Assembly (NCBI GenBank): GCA_965208545.1
Contig: OZ242341.1
Location: forward strand, 2,015,380-2,079,379
Source: Candidatus Poriferisocius sp.
Lineage (GTDB): Bacteria > Actinomycetota > Acidimicrobiia > Acidimicrobiales > Bin134
Direction: 5' to 3'
DNA: 64,000 bases
Of this stretch, positions 43,749-52,799 are shown in pieces. Under the pieces are notes generated by a model, which saw only the letters and a list, made by a program, of their open reading frames with translations, was not told the origin of the DNA and did no database searches. Each line of letters starts with the position of its first letter. The first letter of the stretch is position 1. Made by a program: the position numbers and the translations under genes.

Positions 43749-43772
43749 GGAGCCGACAGCTAGCGCACACCA

Positions 43773-44255
43773 CTAGCGCTGAGTCAAGACGATTGCCAGC
43801 CAGCGCCCGCTGAGGGGCAAGGCCGCGAGCTGAGACATGGCGTCCAGCAGGAACTCCACGGCCACTCTTGGGTCTTGGCCCTCGGGCAGCTCGTAGACCA
43901 GGCCCCGCTTGATGTGGTCTTGGCGCCGGTTCCACCCGTCGGGCTCGGTCACGCCCCGCTCCTCCAGCAGCTTCGCGGCGTGTCGGCCGCCAGCGTGCTG
44001 CAACCCCACCGAAGCGGGCTGCCACTTGTCCCTATGGTGGTGGCCCGGCACCCAAGTGCCCAGCGGGATGGGCGGCCCCTTGGCGGTGAACAGCTTGAAG
44101 ATGGGTGACTCGGGGGGCCGGTTTTCGTCGGCCACCAGCGGCTGCACGTTCATCCACCCCTTGCCGTCGCCCCGGGCGGCCAGGGTCAGCATCTCGTGGA
44201 CCACTTCCTCCATGTTCAACCGCTCGAACCGGATGTGGCGTTTATCGAGGGCCAC
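43773..44255 (-). CDS. hypothetical protein
   Basis: 160-aa ORF with high third-position GC. I could recognise no family. An alternative start is Met15 (44213). Confidence 0.5.
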   Translation of the reverse strand: MALDKRHIRFERLNMEEVVHEMLTLAARGDGKGWMNVQPLVADENRPPESPIFKLFTAKGPPIPLGTWVPGHHHRDKWQPASVGLQHAGGRHAAKLLEERGVTEPDGWNRRQDHIKRGLVYELPEGQDPRVAVEFLLDAMSQLAALPLSGRWLAIVLTQR

Positions 44256-44784
44256 CCAGCAGTCCCTTCCGGGTGTAGGTGATGTCGGATCGGTCCCGGT
44301 GGCCGATGGTGAAGTCGTCGTCGTAGGGGAACGAGTAATTCAGCGTGAGGGTGTAGCGCCACTCGAAAGCGCAGATGCGAGTAGCGATCAGCCAAGGGCC
44401 GCCGTCGCGGCGCTCGAACCGGTCCACATAGCGCAGGCCCATGCGCATGTCGGACCCCGGCCCGTCGGTGGTGGGGTGCACCACGTGGTGGGCATTGCAG
44501 TAGGTCTCCACGAATGCCACATCACCCTCGAGTTCGATGCGGGACTGGCCCAGCAGGTGCTGGGTGTAGTCGAAGTGGGCCAGCACCTCCAACACCCAGT
44601 CGGCGAACTCCACCGGGCTGCCCCGGAAGTTGTTGTGATCGTCGAAGCCGTCGGGGTGATAGCCGGAGACGATCAGCTCCTTGTCGAGCCGATCAGTGCC
44701 CCGGGCCACTCGGTGGATGGTGTCGGTGATCTCGTCCTTGTCGAGCAGCGCTTGGAGCCGAGGGTCGAGATCAGCCATCCCCAA
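44242..44784 (-). CDS. SnoaL-like / NTF2-fold protein
   Basis: LDKDEITDTIHRVARGTDRLDKELIVSGYHPDG...YVDRFERRDGGPWLIATR is a pattern typical of NTF2-like (SnoaL_4 type) proteins, from memory. Confidence 0.65.
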   Translation of the reverse strand: MGMADLDPRLQALLDKDEITDTIHRVARGTDRLDKELIVSGYHPDGFDDHNNFRGSPVEFADWVLEVLAHFDYTQHLLGQSRIELEGDVAFVETYCNAHHVVHPTTDGPGSDMRMGLRYVDRFERRDGGPWLIATRICAFEWRYTLTLNYSFPYDDDFTIGHRDRSDITYTRKGLLGGPR

Positions 44785-45724
44785 CCCCGATCATCACCGC
44801 CGAGAGGGTGAACGGGCCGTCGCCGGTATTGCGCCAGGCGTGCTCGGTGCCCCGCTGGATCACACAGTCGCCAGCGACAAGGTGCGTGGGGGGCTGGCCG
44901 GGCAGCTCCAGGTCCACCGTGCCCTGGGCGATCCGCACGAAGTCGATGGTGGGGGTTTTGTGCATCAACGCGGCCTGGTCGGCCATCGACGCCGGGATGG
45001 TCACCTGCTTCCAGGTCACTCCTCCGCCCGGCGGGTTGAGCTGCATCTCTGACACCGCGCCATCGCCGCCCTGAAGCTCGCTGGCCACCGGGGCGAAGGT
45101 GTGCCATAGCTCGGCGGTCACCACCCCTCCGTCGGACTGCGATGCGGTGGCCGGCGGACCGTCGGCGCACACCCCGTCGCCGTCGGTCACCACCCGGCGG
45201 GGCCCCAATGCGCCGGTTGACGCGCCGGCGAACCCGGGGTCATTGCCGTCGCCCACTCCCAGCATGGTGGCGCTGAAGGTGCAGGGCTCATCGCCCAGGA
45301 CGATCCACCGGTGCCAAGTGCCCCGCTGGATGACGCAGGATCCGGCGTCGAGCTCGACGGTATGGTCGTTCAGCTCCAGGCGAATACGGCCCGAGATGAC
45401 CTCGATGAAGTCGATGGTGGGAGTGGCGTGGAAGCCCACGCGCTTCTGGTCGAATCGGGGGTCGTCGGTAGGGCCGATCGCCTTGCCGCCCGAGGGCTTC
45501 AGGGTGAAGATCCGCCACGAGATCCCTCCGGGCGGGGGAACGAAATCCTTGCGGTCGGCCGGTTCGTCGCCTCCGTCGTCCACGGTGACCGGAGGCTGGC
45601 CGACGTACCACAGATTGGCCGTGGTCCTTCCCAGGAAACTCGGCTCCGCAGGCCCGTCGGAGATGATCACCGGTACTCCTGTGTCGTCGTGCCCGGTTAC
45701 GATTCGCCGCTTCGTGAATGCCAT
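44771..45724 (-). CDS. bicupin protein
   Basis: Two cupin-like halves (HATPTIDFIEVISGRIRLEL...GSCVIQRGTWHRW and HKTPTIDFVRIAQGTVDLEL...GDCVIQRGTEHAW). ATG at 45724. Confidence 0.7.
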   Translation of the reverse strand: MAFTKRRIVTGHDDTGVPVIISDGPAEPSFLGRTTANLWYVGQPPVTVDDGGDEPADRKDFVPPPGGISWRIFTLKPSGGKAIGPTDDPRFDQKRVGFHATPTIDFIEVISGRIRLELNDHTVELDAGSCVIQRGTWHRWIVLGDEPCTFSATMLGVGDGNDPGFAGASTGALGPRRVVTDGDGVCADGPPATASQSDGGVVTAELWHTFAPVASELQGGDGAVSEMQLNPPGGGVTWKQVTIPASMADQAALMHKTPTIDFVRIAQGTVDLELPGQPPTHLVAGDCVIQRGTEHAWRNTGDGPFTLSAVMIGVGDG

Positions 45725-45809
45725 CCGGCAACCGTAGCGGCCCACTACGGCCTCAGCGCACGTTGCCCAACCCGAAGAAGAACCATCCGGCTGGGTAGCC
45801 TCGGAGCAG

Positions 45810-47648
45810 ATGTTCGACCCCCCTGACGACGTGATCGCGCCGGATCGCCCCTTGCGAGTGGCCGTTTTGGTCAAGCAGATCCCGGTGTTCGAGGACATGG
45901 TGTTGGGACCCGACGGCCGCATGGTGCGAGACGGCATCGACATGCACATGAACGACTACTGCCGCCGGGCGGTGGCCAAAGGCACCGAGGTGGCTCGGGC
46001 CAGCGGGGGCACGGTAACGGTGTTCACCCTGGGGCCTCCGTCGGCTGAGAATGTGTGCCGGGAGGCCCTCTTGTTCGGGGTCGACGCCGGAGTTCACATC
46101 TGCGACCCGGAGTTTGCCGGGTCGGACACTTGGGCCACCGCCAAGGCCCTGGCCGCCGCCCTGGAGAAGCTGGGGCCATTCGATCTGGTGATGATGGGAC
46201 GCAACTCAGTGGACTCCGATACCGGCCAAGTGCCGCCGCAACTGGCCGAGCTGTTGGGACTGCCGTTTGCCACCGGAGTGCGCCATTTCTCCCTCCACGG
46301 CGACCGCCTCGAGCTGCGGCTGGAACACGACGACGAGTGGGTGGATGTGGCGGTGGGGCTTCCCGCGGTGGTGTCGTGTGCCGAGCGCTTGTGCGACCCG
46401 TGCAAGATCAAGGACCCCGAGGCCTGGGCCACCGCAGACGGCTCGCTGATCCAGACAGTGTCCGCCACCGATCTGGGTCCTGGTCCGTGGGGCCAGGAGG
46501 CCAGCCCTACCTCGGTCGGTCCGGTTCAGATGATCGACGTTGAGCGTCGCCGCCAGATGATGACCGGCACGCTCGACGAGCAGGTCGAACAGGCTGTGGC
46601 GATATTGGCCGAGAAGGGGGCGTTGGCCACCGGCTCGATGCCCGAGCCGGACTTAGTTGCCGGGCGCTCTGGAGGCGGGTCGGGAGCGTCCACCATCGCC
46701 GTGCTGGTGGAACCCGGCCGGGAGCGGGTGACCCGAGAGCTATTGGGAGCGGCTTCCGAGTTGGCCGCGGAGATCGGCGGGAAGGTGGCCGCCCTCGGTC
46801 CCGGCCTGGATGATCCCGATGATGACCTGGGCCCGTGGGGGGCCGATGAGCAGATCGATATCGGCGGCGGCGATGGCGCCACCCCGCTGGTCGAGGAAGA
46901 CCTGGCGTCGGCCATGTCGGCTTGGGCCGCCGAGACCCAGCCGTGGGCGGTACTGGCACCGGGCACCGCTTGGGGCCGTGAGGTGGCCTCCCGGATGGCA
47001 GCGGCGCTGGGCGCAGGCCTAACCGGCGATGCCGTGGGGCTGAAGGTGGACGACCACGGGAAGCTGATCGCCATGAAACCGGCCTTCGGGGGATGGCTGG
47101 TGGCCGAGATCCTCTGCTCGTCTCCGATCCAGATGGCCACGGTTCGCCCGGGGGTGCTGTCCTTCCCCCGGCCCAATCCCGAGCGCCCGCCGGCCCTCCG
47201 GTCATCGCTGGGCTCTATGGGCCACAGCCGCCTCGAAGTCATCCGGCGCTATCGGGACGACGACAGCGACGAGCTGGCCAACGCCTCGGTGGTGATCGGC
47301 GTGGGCCAGGGAGTGGATCCGACCGACTATCCCAAGCTGGAGAAGCACCAGGCCGCCATCGGCGCCGCCCTGTGCGCCACCCGCAAGGTGACCGACTACG
47401 GGTGGATGCCGCGGGCCCGCCAGGTGGGCATCACCGGCCACAGCATCAGCCCGCAGCTTTATTTCGCCATCGGTATGAGCGGGAAGTTCAACCACACCGT
47501 GGGGGTACGCAACGCCGGGACGGTGGTGGGCATCAACCCCGACCCCGAAGCTCCCTTGTGGGAGATTGTGGACATCGGCTTTGTGGGCGACTGGGCCGAG
47601 GTGTTGGACGCCCTGATCCCCCGTCTGGCCGAAGCTCAGGCGAGCTAG
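45810..47648 (+). CDS. fused electron transfer flavoprotein (EtfB-like N-half + EtfA-like C-half)
   Basis: The N-half is RVAVLVKQIP...DSDTGQVPPQLAELLGLPF (EtfB). The C-half is GITGHSISPQLYFAIGMSGKFNHTVGVRNAGTVVGINPDPEAPLWEIVDIGFVGDW (EtfA FAD-binding tail). Confidence 0.8.
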   Translation: MFDPPDDVIAPDRPLRVAVLVKQIPVFEDMVLGPDGRMVRDGIDMHMNDYCRRAVAKGTEVARASGGTVTVFTLGPPSAENVCREALLFGVDAGVHICDPEFAGSDTWATAKALAAALEKLGPFDLVMMGRNSVDSDTGQVPPQLAELLGLPFATGVRHFSLHGDRLELRLEHDDEWVDVAVGLPAVVSCAERLCDPCKIKDPEAWATADGSLIQTVSATDLGPGPWGQEASPTSVGPVQMIDVERRRQMMTGTLDEQVEQAVAILAEKGALATGSMPEPDLVAGRSGGGSGASTIAVLVEPGRERVTRELLGAASELAAEIGGKVAALGPGLDDPDDDLGPWGADEQIDIGGGDGATPLVEEDLASAMSAWAAETQPWAVLAPGTAWGREVASRMAAALGAGLTGDAVGLKVDDHGKLIAMKPAFGGWLVAEILCSSPIQMATVRPGVLSFPRPNPERPPALRSSLGSMGHSRLEVIRRYRDDDSDELANASVVIGVGQGVDPTDYPKLEKHQAAIGAALCATRKVTDYGWMPRARQVGITGHSISPQLYFAIGMSGKFNHTVGVRNAGTVVGINPDPEAPLWEIVDIGFVGDWAEVLDALIPRLAEAQAS

Positions 47649-47662
47649 CCATCGATTTTCCG

Positions 47663-48499
47663 ATGGGCGCTGACCAGACTACGCCCGCAAATTCGGATAG
47701 TTGGTTTTCCAAGATCGTCGCCCTCACCAGGCAGTCCGTGTCGTGTTGGCGGGAGGGAGAGGGCGGTACCGGGGCAGCAGAGATCGCCTTCTGGTCGGCG
47801 GTGTCGCTGTTTCCGGCCGCAGTGGCCGCGGCCGCCATCGCCTCGACGGTTCGGGCGGTGTCGGACCGGATCGCCGACCGATTCAACGAATGGCTGGCCA
47901 ACGCCGGACAAACCGCGCTCAGCGATGTGGACAGCACCATCGGCGAGGAGTTCGCCGATGTTGTCTCCGCGCCCCCGGCGGCCACGTCCATCGCCGCGGT
48001 GGTGGCGGTGTGGGGCACCATGCGAGCCGCCGCGGCGGCCTGCCGGGCGGTGCGCCGGGTGCGGGGCGCGCCCCGCCGTACTTGGTGGATGGAGCGATTC
48101 ACCGGGTTTTGGCTCTTGGTAGGCGCTCTTCCCCTCATCGCCGGGCCCACCGCCATTGCGGTCTGGGTCGATCCTCGGCTGGCCCCAGTGGTCGGCTTCG
48201 TGTCGGCAGTGGCCGTGTTCTCACTTGTGCAGAAGATGGCCTGCCCTCGGCGTCCCCTGCGCCACGACCTGATCGGCGGTCTGGTATCGGCCGTCTGGTT
48301 CTCCGTGGTTTCAGCCGCCGCCGCGGTAGCGGTGAACTGGACCTTGGGCGGCACTGCCATCACGGTGGCCACCGCCGGAACCCTGGCCGCCCTGAGCTGG
48401 CTATGGGCCGCCGCCTGCGGCGTCACCGCCGGCGCAGCCGTCGCCGGCGCCCTCGACCAGCGCAACGGGGCTACACCGGCTCCCCCAGTTGAGGCCTAG
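47663..48499 (+). CDS. YihY/BrkB-family membrane protein
   Basis: AAEIAFWSAVSLFPAAVAA plus several TM helices. ATG 47663 lies in frame within ORF 47093..48499. Confidence 0.7.
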   Translation: MGADQTTPANSDSWFSKIVALTRQSVSCWREGEGGTGAAEIAFWSAVSLFPAAVAAAAIASTVRAVSDRIADRFNEWLANAGQTALSDVDSTIGEEFADVVSAPPAATSIAAVVAVWGTMRAAAAACRAVRRVRGAPRRTWWMERFTGFWLLVGALPLIAGPTAIAVWVDPRLAPVVGFVSAVAVFSLVQKMACPRRPLRHDLIGGLVSAVWFSVVSAAAAVAVNWTLGGTAITVATAGTLAALSWLWAAACGVTAGAAVAGALDQRNGATPAPPVEA

Positions 48500-48600
48500 T
48501 CACCCAGTTTCTCTGCCGCGGCCCGAAACCACTCCAATCCACTGACCATGACTGAGAATCTACGTTGCCGCCCAGACGACGAGAGGCTTGTTTTCGCCGA

Positions 48601-49077
48601 TTAGAAGTCCAACCCCAACCCTGAACCAGGCCCCTCGCCCCGGCGGCCCTTGTCGCTCCGTTCGACTACCGGCTCTCTCGTCAGTGGGGCCAACTCAAGC
48701 CAAGCCCGAGAGAGTTCGGTTGCTGCCTGTCCGAGTACAAGGACGGCTTCACCAATCCGAGCGCTGTCACCCACCATGAGCACCAAATGTCCCCGTTCCA
48801 GCTCAATTCCCCGCCTCTTGCAGATCTTCTTTCCCATTCGCATCTGGTCCTGCGAGAGGTCGTCGCTGAAAGACTGCATTTGAATCTGTCCCCAAGTCTC
48901 TCCGTAGTCGGTGACCAGAAAGCAAGAGTCCCGCGGCTCCACAAACACATCAATGAGGTCACCATCGGGATACAGGAAGGGTGTTCTCACCTGTACTGCC
49001 CCCAATTGGGTCAACGAGCACTCGAAACTCTCCCCAAGCGTCCCTTGGAGACTCTCGTGCAAGCTCGCAGGTTTCAT
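48601..49077 (-). CDS. hypothetical protein, DUF1828-like (low-GC cassette, gene 2)
   Basis: VRTPFLYPDGDLIDVFVEPRDSCFLVTDYGETW...ICKRRGIELERGHLVL resembles the DUF1828 pattern from memory. It is translationally coupled to the upstream gene (ATGA at 49074-49077). Confidence 0.55.
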   Translation of the reverse strand: MKPASLHESLQGTLGESFECSLTQLGAVQVRTPFLYPDGDLIDVFVEPRDSCFLVTDYGETWGQIQMQSFSDDLSQDQMRMGKKICKRRGIELERGHLVLMVGDSARIGEAVLVLGQAATELSRAWLELAPLTREPVVERSDKGRRGEGPGSGLGLDF

Positions 49078-49526
49078 AGCCGCTCTTCCCCTATCCGAGA
49101 CGGTTCACCAAGCCTACCCAAGTGGACAATCCGAGCCTCTGCGCAAAATTGCCCCCATGCTCTCACCGGCTCATGCCACTGTGCGGTGATATCCGATGGC
49201 ATGTACGCCTGCCGGTCTCTGAAATCTGCGGACCACTTGTGCTTGTGCGGACTCCCGAGTAGCTCTCCATCGGGGTTGCGATGACCGTGGCCCACGTCGA
49301 GGCCGTAGATTCGTCCCACGCCGCTGTAAAGGAGCACATACGACAGCCTCCTCCCCGATTGGTTCCACCGGCCGAAGACCTCAATCGGATATCCCGGACC
49401 AGATGCCAGCGGCACTCGAAAGTAGTAGCTGGCTACTCGCCCCCTGTCTGCCCGCCATTCAATGTCAACCTCAACCCGCTTGCTCTCGTCCATGAGAATC
49501 GCTTCGAACTCCCTATCCGAGATCAC
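49074..49526 (-). CDS. hypothetical protein with a His-rich motif (low-GC cassette, gene 1)
   Basis: GTG start with GGGAGG 11 nt upstream. It contains the motif GLDVGHGHRNPDGELLGSPHKHKW. I could recognise no family. Confidence 0.5.
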   Translation of the reverse strand: MISDREFEAILMDESKRVEVDIEWRADRGRVASYYFRVPLASGPGYPIEVFGRWNQSGRRLSYVLLYSGVGRIYGLDVGHGHRNPDGELLGSPHKHKWSADFRDRQAYMPSDITAQWHEPVRAWGQFCAEARIVHLGRLGEPSRIGEERL

Positions 49527-49690
49527 AGTCCAGCCAACCTCCCAATCGAATCACTTTCGCTTCTTCCCGGTTCATACCCCTGCCTAATCCGAGGCAGTTG
49601 GGAGTGTAGTACATCCAAAATGAATTAGATATACTGATTTGTCGCTTGTTATGGACTTGTAAGCCCCTGAGTGTGGGGTACCGTCGGGCT

Positions 49691-50035
49691 ATGACCGAAC
49701 CTCGTCAACCCGATGTGCTCAGCCGGCTGCCCATTCCCGAGGAAGTCCGCGACGACGTGATGGAGATGCTGAGGGTCGGCCCGTCGGCGGTGTGGGGTCG
49801 TCCGGTGCTGAGCCGTCGGGAGCGCAGTCTGGCCACCATCGCCATGATGACCGCACTGGGCAACGAGTTCGCCATCCGCGAGCACGTCATCATGGGCTTG
49901 GACTCGTTCGGCCTGAGCCGGGAGGAGATCTGCGAGGTCATGATCCAGGCCGCTATCTACGCCGGCTTCCCGGCCGCCATGAAGGCCTTCGAGATCGCCA
50001 CCGACATCTTCGCCGAGCGAGACGCTGCTGATTGA
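49691..50035 (+). CDS. carboxymuconolactone decarboxylase (AhpD-like) family protein
   Basis: LSRRERSLATIAMMTALGNEFAIREHV...AAIYAGFPAAMKAF. Confidence 0.8.
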   Translation: MTEPRQPDVLSRLPIPEEVRDDVMEMLRVGPSAVWGRPVLSRRERSLATIAMMTALGNEFAIREHVIMGLDSFGLSREEICEVMIQAAIYAGFPAAMKAFEIATDIFAERDAAD

Positions 50036-50093
50036 TCGAGGGCCTATCGGCACTATGGGGAGTGTGCGCCGTCACCCAGTCGGGCCTCGAATC

Positions 50094-50951
50094 ATGAGCC
50101 GGCTGCCCGGGGGCTGGGTGCCATACAAGTTTGAGCGATTCGAGGTTTCGCCGGTGACCCCGACCATCGGCGCTGAGCTGAGCGGCCTCTCCCTGGAGAG
50201 TGTGGACGACGAGCTGTTCGCCGAGCTCGACCGGGCACTGCTGGAGTGGAAGGTGCTGATCGTTCGGGACCAGCCCATCGACGTGGCCTCACAAGGCGCT
50301 TTGGCTCTCCGCTGGGGGCCACTCACCGATGATCAGCTGATTCCCAATCCCGGCTCCGCCGCCCTAACCGATGCCATCACCTTTGAGCGCAACGACACCG
50401 TTATCGGCCTCGAGAACATGTGGCACACCGACGGTACGTTTCGGGAGTATCCTCCGGTCTGCACCATTCTGCGAGCGATCGAGGTCCCCCCGGTAGGGGG
50501 CGACACGCTATTCGCCGATATGGCCGCCGCCTGGGACAACCTCGACCTCGAGCTACAGGACCGACTCACCTCTCTTTCCGCCCGCCACGACTGGAGTATC
50601 GGGGCCTACGCCGACAAGTACGACGATCAACTCGAAGATCTGCGAGCCGAAGTCCCGCCCGCTGTCCACCCCGTGGCCCGACCCCATCCCCGCACTGGCC
50701 GGCTCACCCTATTCGTCAACGCCGGGTTCACGACAGAACTGGTCGACAACGGCGGCCATCCCATTGAAGACAGCGACGATCTGTTGACGCTGCTCTGCCG
50801 CCAAGCTGAGATCCCCGAATACCACTGCCGAGTCCGCTGGACTCCTGGCACTGTGGTCATCTGGGACAACCAGGCAGTGCAGCACTACGGCGCCAACGAC
50901 TACTACCCCGTCCGCCGACTCATGGCCCGCGCCTCGGTGGCGGGAGGCTGA
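50094..50951 (+). CDS. TauD/TfdA family Fe(II)/2-oxoglutarate dioxygenase
   Basis: WHTDGTF (HxD), GGDTLFADM. The start could be ATG 50094 or 50055. Confidence 0.85.
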   Translation: MSRLPGGWVPYKFERFEVSPVTPTIGAELSGLSLESVDDELFAELDRALLEWKVLIVRDQPIDVASQGALALRWGPLTDDQLIPNPGSAALTDAITFERNDTVIGLENMWHTDGTFREYPPVCTILRAIEVPPVGGDTLFADMAAAWDNLDLELQDRLTSLSARHDWSIGAYADKYDDQLEDLRAEVPPAVHPVARPHPRTGRLTLFVNAGFTTELVDNGGHPIEDSDDLLTLLCRQAEIPEYHCRVRWTPGTVVIWDNQAVQHYGANDYYPVRRLMARASVAGG

Positions 50952-50963
50952 TCTGCCTTCGAG

Positions 50964-51827
50964 CTAGTGGTGCGCCTTGGCGGTGAAGATCCAGCGGCCG
51001 TCGGTGTTTGATAGGTGGCCGCAGCTGGGGCCGGCAAAGTGGGTGCCGAAGATGAGGATGCCGGAGTCGGCGTAGCGGTCGCGGAACTCCATCCGGGTGG
51101 CTGAGGCCCGGGGCGGGTCGTCATCGGCTGTCATCACCCACTCAGGGGCGGTGAACTGCACGGGGTGATGGACCAGATCGCCGGTGATCACGGCTTCTTG
51201 GCCCGCCGAGGAGATCCTCACGCTGACGTGGCCGGGGGTGTGGCCCGGTGAGGGCTCCAGGTGGATCTCGTCGGTTACGGCGTGGTCGCTGTCCACCAGG
51301 TCGGCCAGACCAGCCTCGAGCACGGGGCGCACCGCGTCGCCGAAGGTGATGGCCGCTCCCTCAGCCCCGGAGTCCCAGTACTCGTACTCGGTGCGACCGA
51401 ACAGATAACGGGCGTTGGGGAATGTGGGCACCCACTCTCCGTTCACCAGGATGGTGTTCCAGCCCACGTGGTCGAAGTGCAGGTGGGTACACAGCACGAT
51501 ATCGATGTCTTCGGGCTCGTAGCCCGCCGCGGCCAGCTCGTCGAGGAACCCGTTGCCCAGGTGGCCCATCTCGGGAATCATGTCAATGGGCCGGTTGCCG
51601 ATGCAGGTGTCCACCATGATGGTCTGGCCCTGTGACTCCAGCACCAGGGCGTGAATGGACAGGGCCAGATCGCCAGAGTCATCCAAGAAGTGGGGCACCA
51701 GCCAGTCGGCGTTGGCCTCAAACACCGCCATGTCGGGCTCCACATACATGCCTTCGGGCGAAACTGGTTGCAGGATCTCCCGCACCAGCATGACCTTTAC
51801 GTTGCCGATATGGGTGGTCAGTGCCAT
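50964..51827 (-). CDS. MBL-fold metallo-hydrolase
   Basis: CTHLHFDHVGWN (HxHxDH). Confidence 0.85.
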   Translation of the reverse strand: MALTTHIGNVKVMLVREILQPVSPEGMYVEPDMAVFEANADWLVPHFLDDSGDLALSIHALVLESQGQTIMVDTCIGNRPIDMIPEMGHLGNGFLDELAAAGYEPEDIDIVLCTHLHFDHVGWNTILVNGEWVPTFPNARYLFGRTEYEYWDSGAEGAAITFGDAVRPVLEAGLADLVDSDHAVTDEIHLEPSPGHTPGHVSVRISSAGQEAVITGDLVHHPVQFTAPEWVMTADDDPPRASATRMEFRDRYADSGILIFGTHFAGPSCGHLSNTDGRWIFTAKAHH

Positions 51828-51829
51828 GG

Positions 51830-52732
51830 CTATCCTCCGATCTTGTCCAAGACTTCGGTGTGGTAGCGCCCGACGAAGCGGCGGATGTCGTCGATATCAG
51901 CGCTGCCCGATTCTGCGGCCGAGACGATCAACCGATCAAGACCCGTCTCGGCGTACTTCTCGATGAGTCCCAGGTCGAATGAACCGCCCCGCTGGTAGCT
52001 GCCCGGCCACACCGTCATCTCGATGGCGTCGGGATCCCGGCCGTGCTCGACGGCGGTGGCCCGGATGACGGCCACCCGGTCGGCGTAGTCCTCGGGCGAG
52101 ATCACATAGGGGTAGAACCCATCGCCCAACCGCCCGGCCCGCCGAGCGGCCCGTCCGGTGCTACCTCCGATAACGATGGGAGGACCACCGGGCTGGGCCG
52201 GGTTGGGCAAGCTCTCGCACTCGTAGAAGCTGGCCGCGTTGCTCTCGTATGTGCGATAGCCCGGCGCCCACAGCTCCCGCAGGGCGCCGATGCATTCATC
52301 CAGCCGCTCGCCCCGACCCTCATAAGGCACCCCGCAGGCGGCGTACTCCTCGACCTGCCAACCGCTGCCCACTCCGAGGATCACCCGCCCGCCGCTGAGG
52401 GCATCCAGGGTGGCCACCCGCTTGGCCATCACCGCCGGCGGGTGCAGGGGAAGCACCACCACCCCGGTACCCAACCGCACCCGCTCGGTCACTGACGCCA
52501 TGAACGCCAGCATCTCCAGAGGATCGGGCATCACCACGCCCGGAGCGCCGGGCATGCGTCCCGACTCCGAGTAGGAATAGCGGGGCTCGTAGTTGTTGGC
52601 CACCACCACGTGCTCCACCGTCCAGATCGACTCCACTCCCTCTTCGTCCATCGCCTGGGCGAACTGGGTGACCCAGCGGGGATCGGTGATCACCGACTCG
52701 TGCATGTGGGGAAGGACTCCAAGGCTGACCAT
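51830..52732 (-). CDS. LLM-class (likely F420-dependent) oxidoreductase
   Basis: ESIWTVEHVV...RLGTGVVVLPLHPP...GRVILGVGSGW. ATG at 52732. Confidence 0.8.
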   Translation of the reverse strand: MVSLGVLPHMHESVITDPRWVTQFAQAMDEEGVESIWTVEHVVVANNYEPRYSYSESGRMPGAPGVVMPDPLEMLAFMASVTERVRLGTGVVVLPLHPPAVMAKRVATLDALSGGRVILGVGSGWQVEEYAACGVPYEGRGERLDECIGALRELWAPGYRTYESNAASFYECESLPNPAQPGGPPIVIGGSTGRAARRAGRLGDGFYPYVISPEDYADRVAVIRATAVEHGRDPDAIEMTVWPGSYQRGGSFDLGLIEKYAETGLDRLIVSAAESGSADIDDIRRFVGRYHTEVLDKIGG

Positions 52733-52799
52733 GGGCAGAACATTACGCACTGGCCGCCCGGCACGGGTCACTGTCTGACTGACGGGTTAGCTTCATGGC

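Noticed and set aside
48548-48604. 18-codon plus-strand ORF (MTENLRCRPDDERLVFAD) convergent on the cassette
   Set aside because: It is too short, has no RBS and shows no supporting features.
48520-49560. Direct repeats flanking the low-GC cassette as att sites
   Set aside because: The only similarity is weak (CCAATCCACT versus CCAATCGAATCACT), and there is no integrase or tRNA target. This is insufficient evidence for a defined mobile element.
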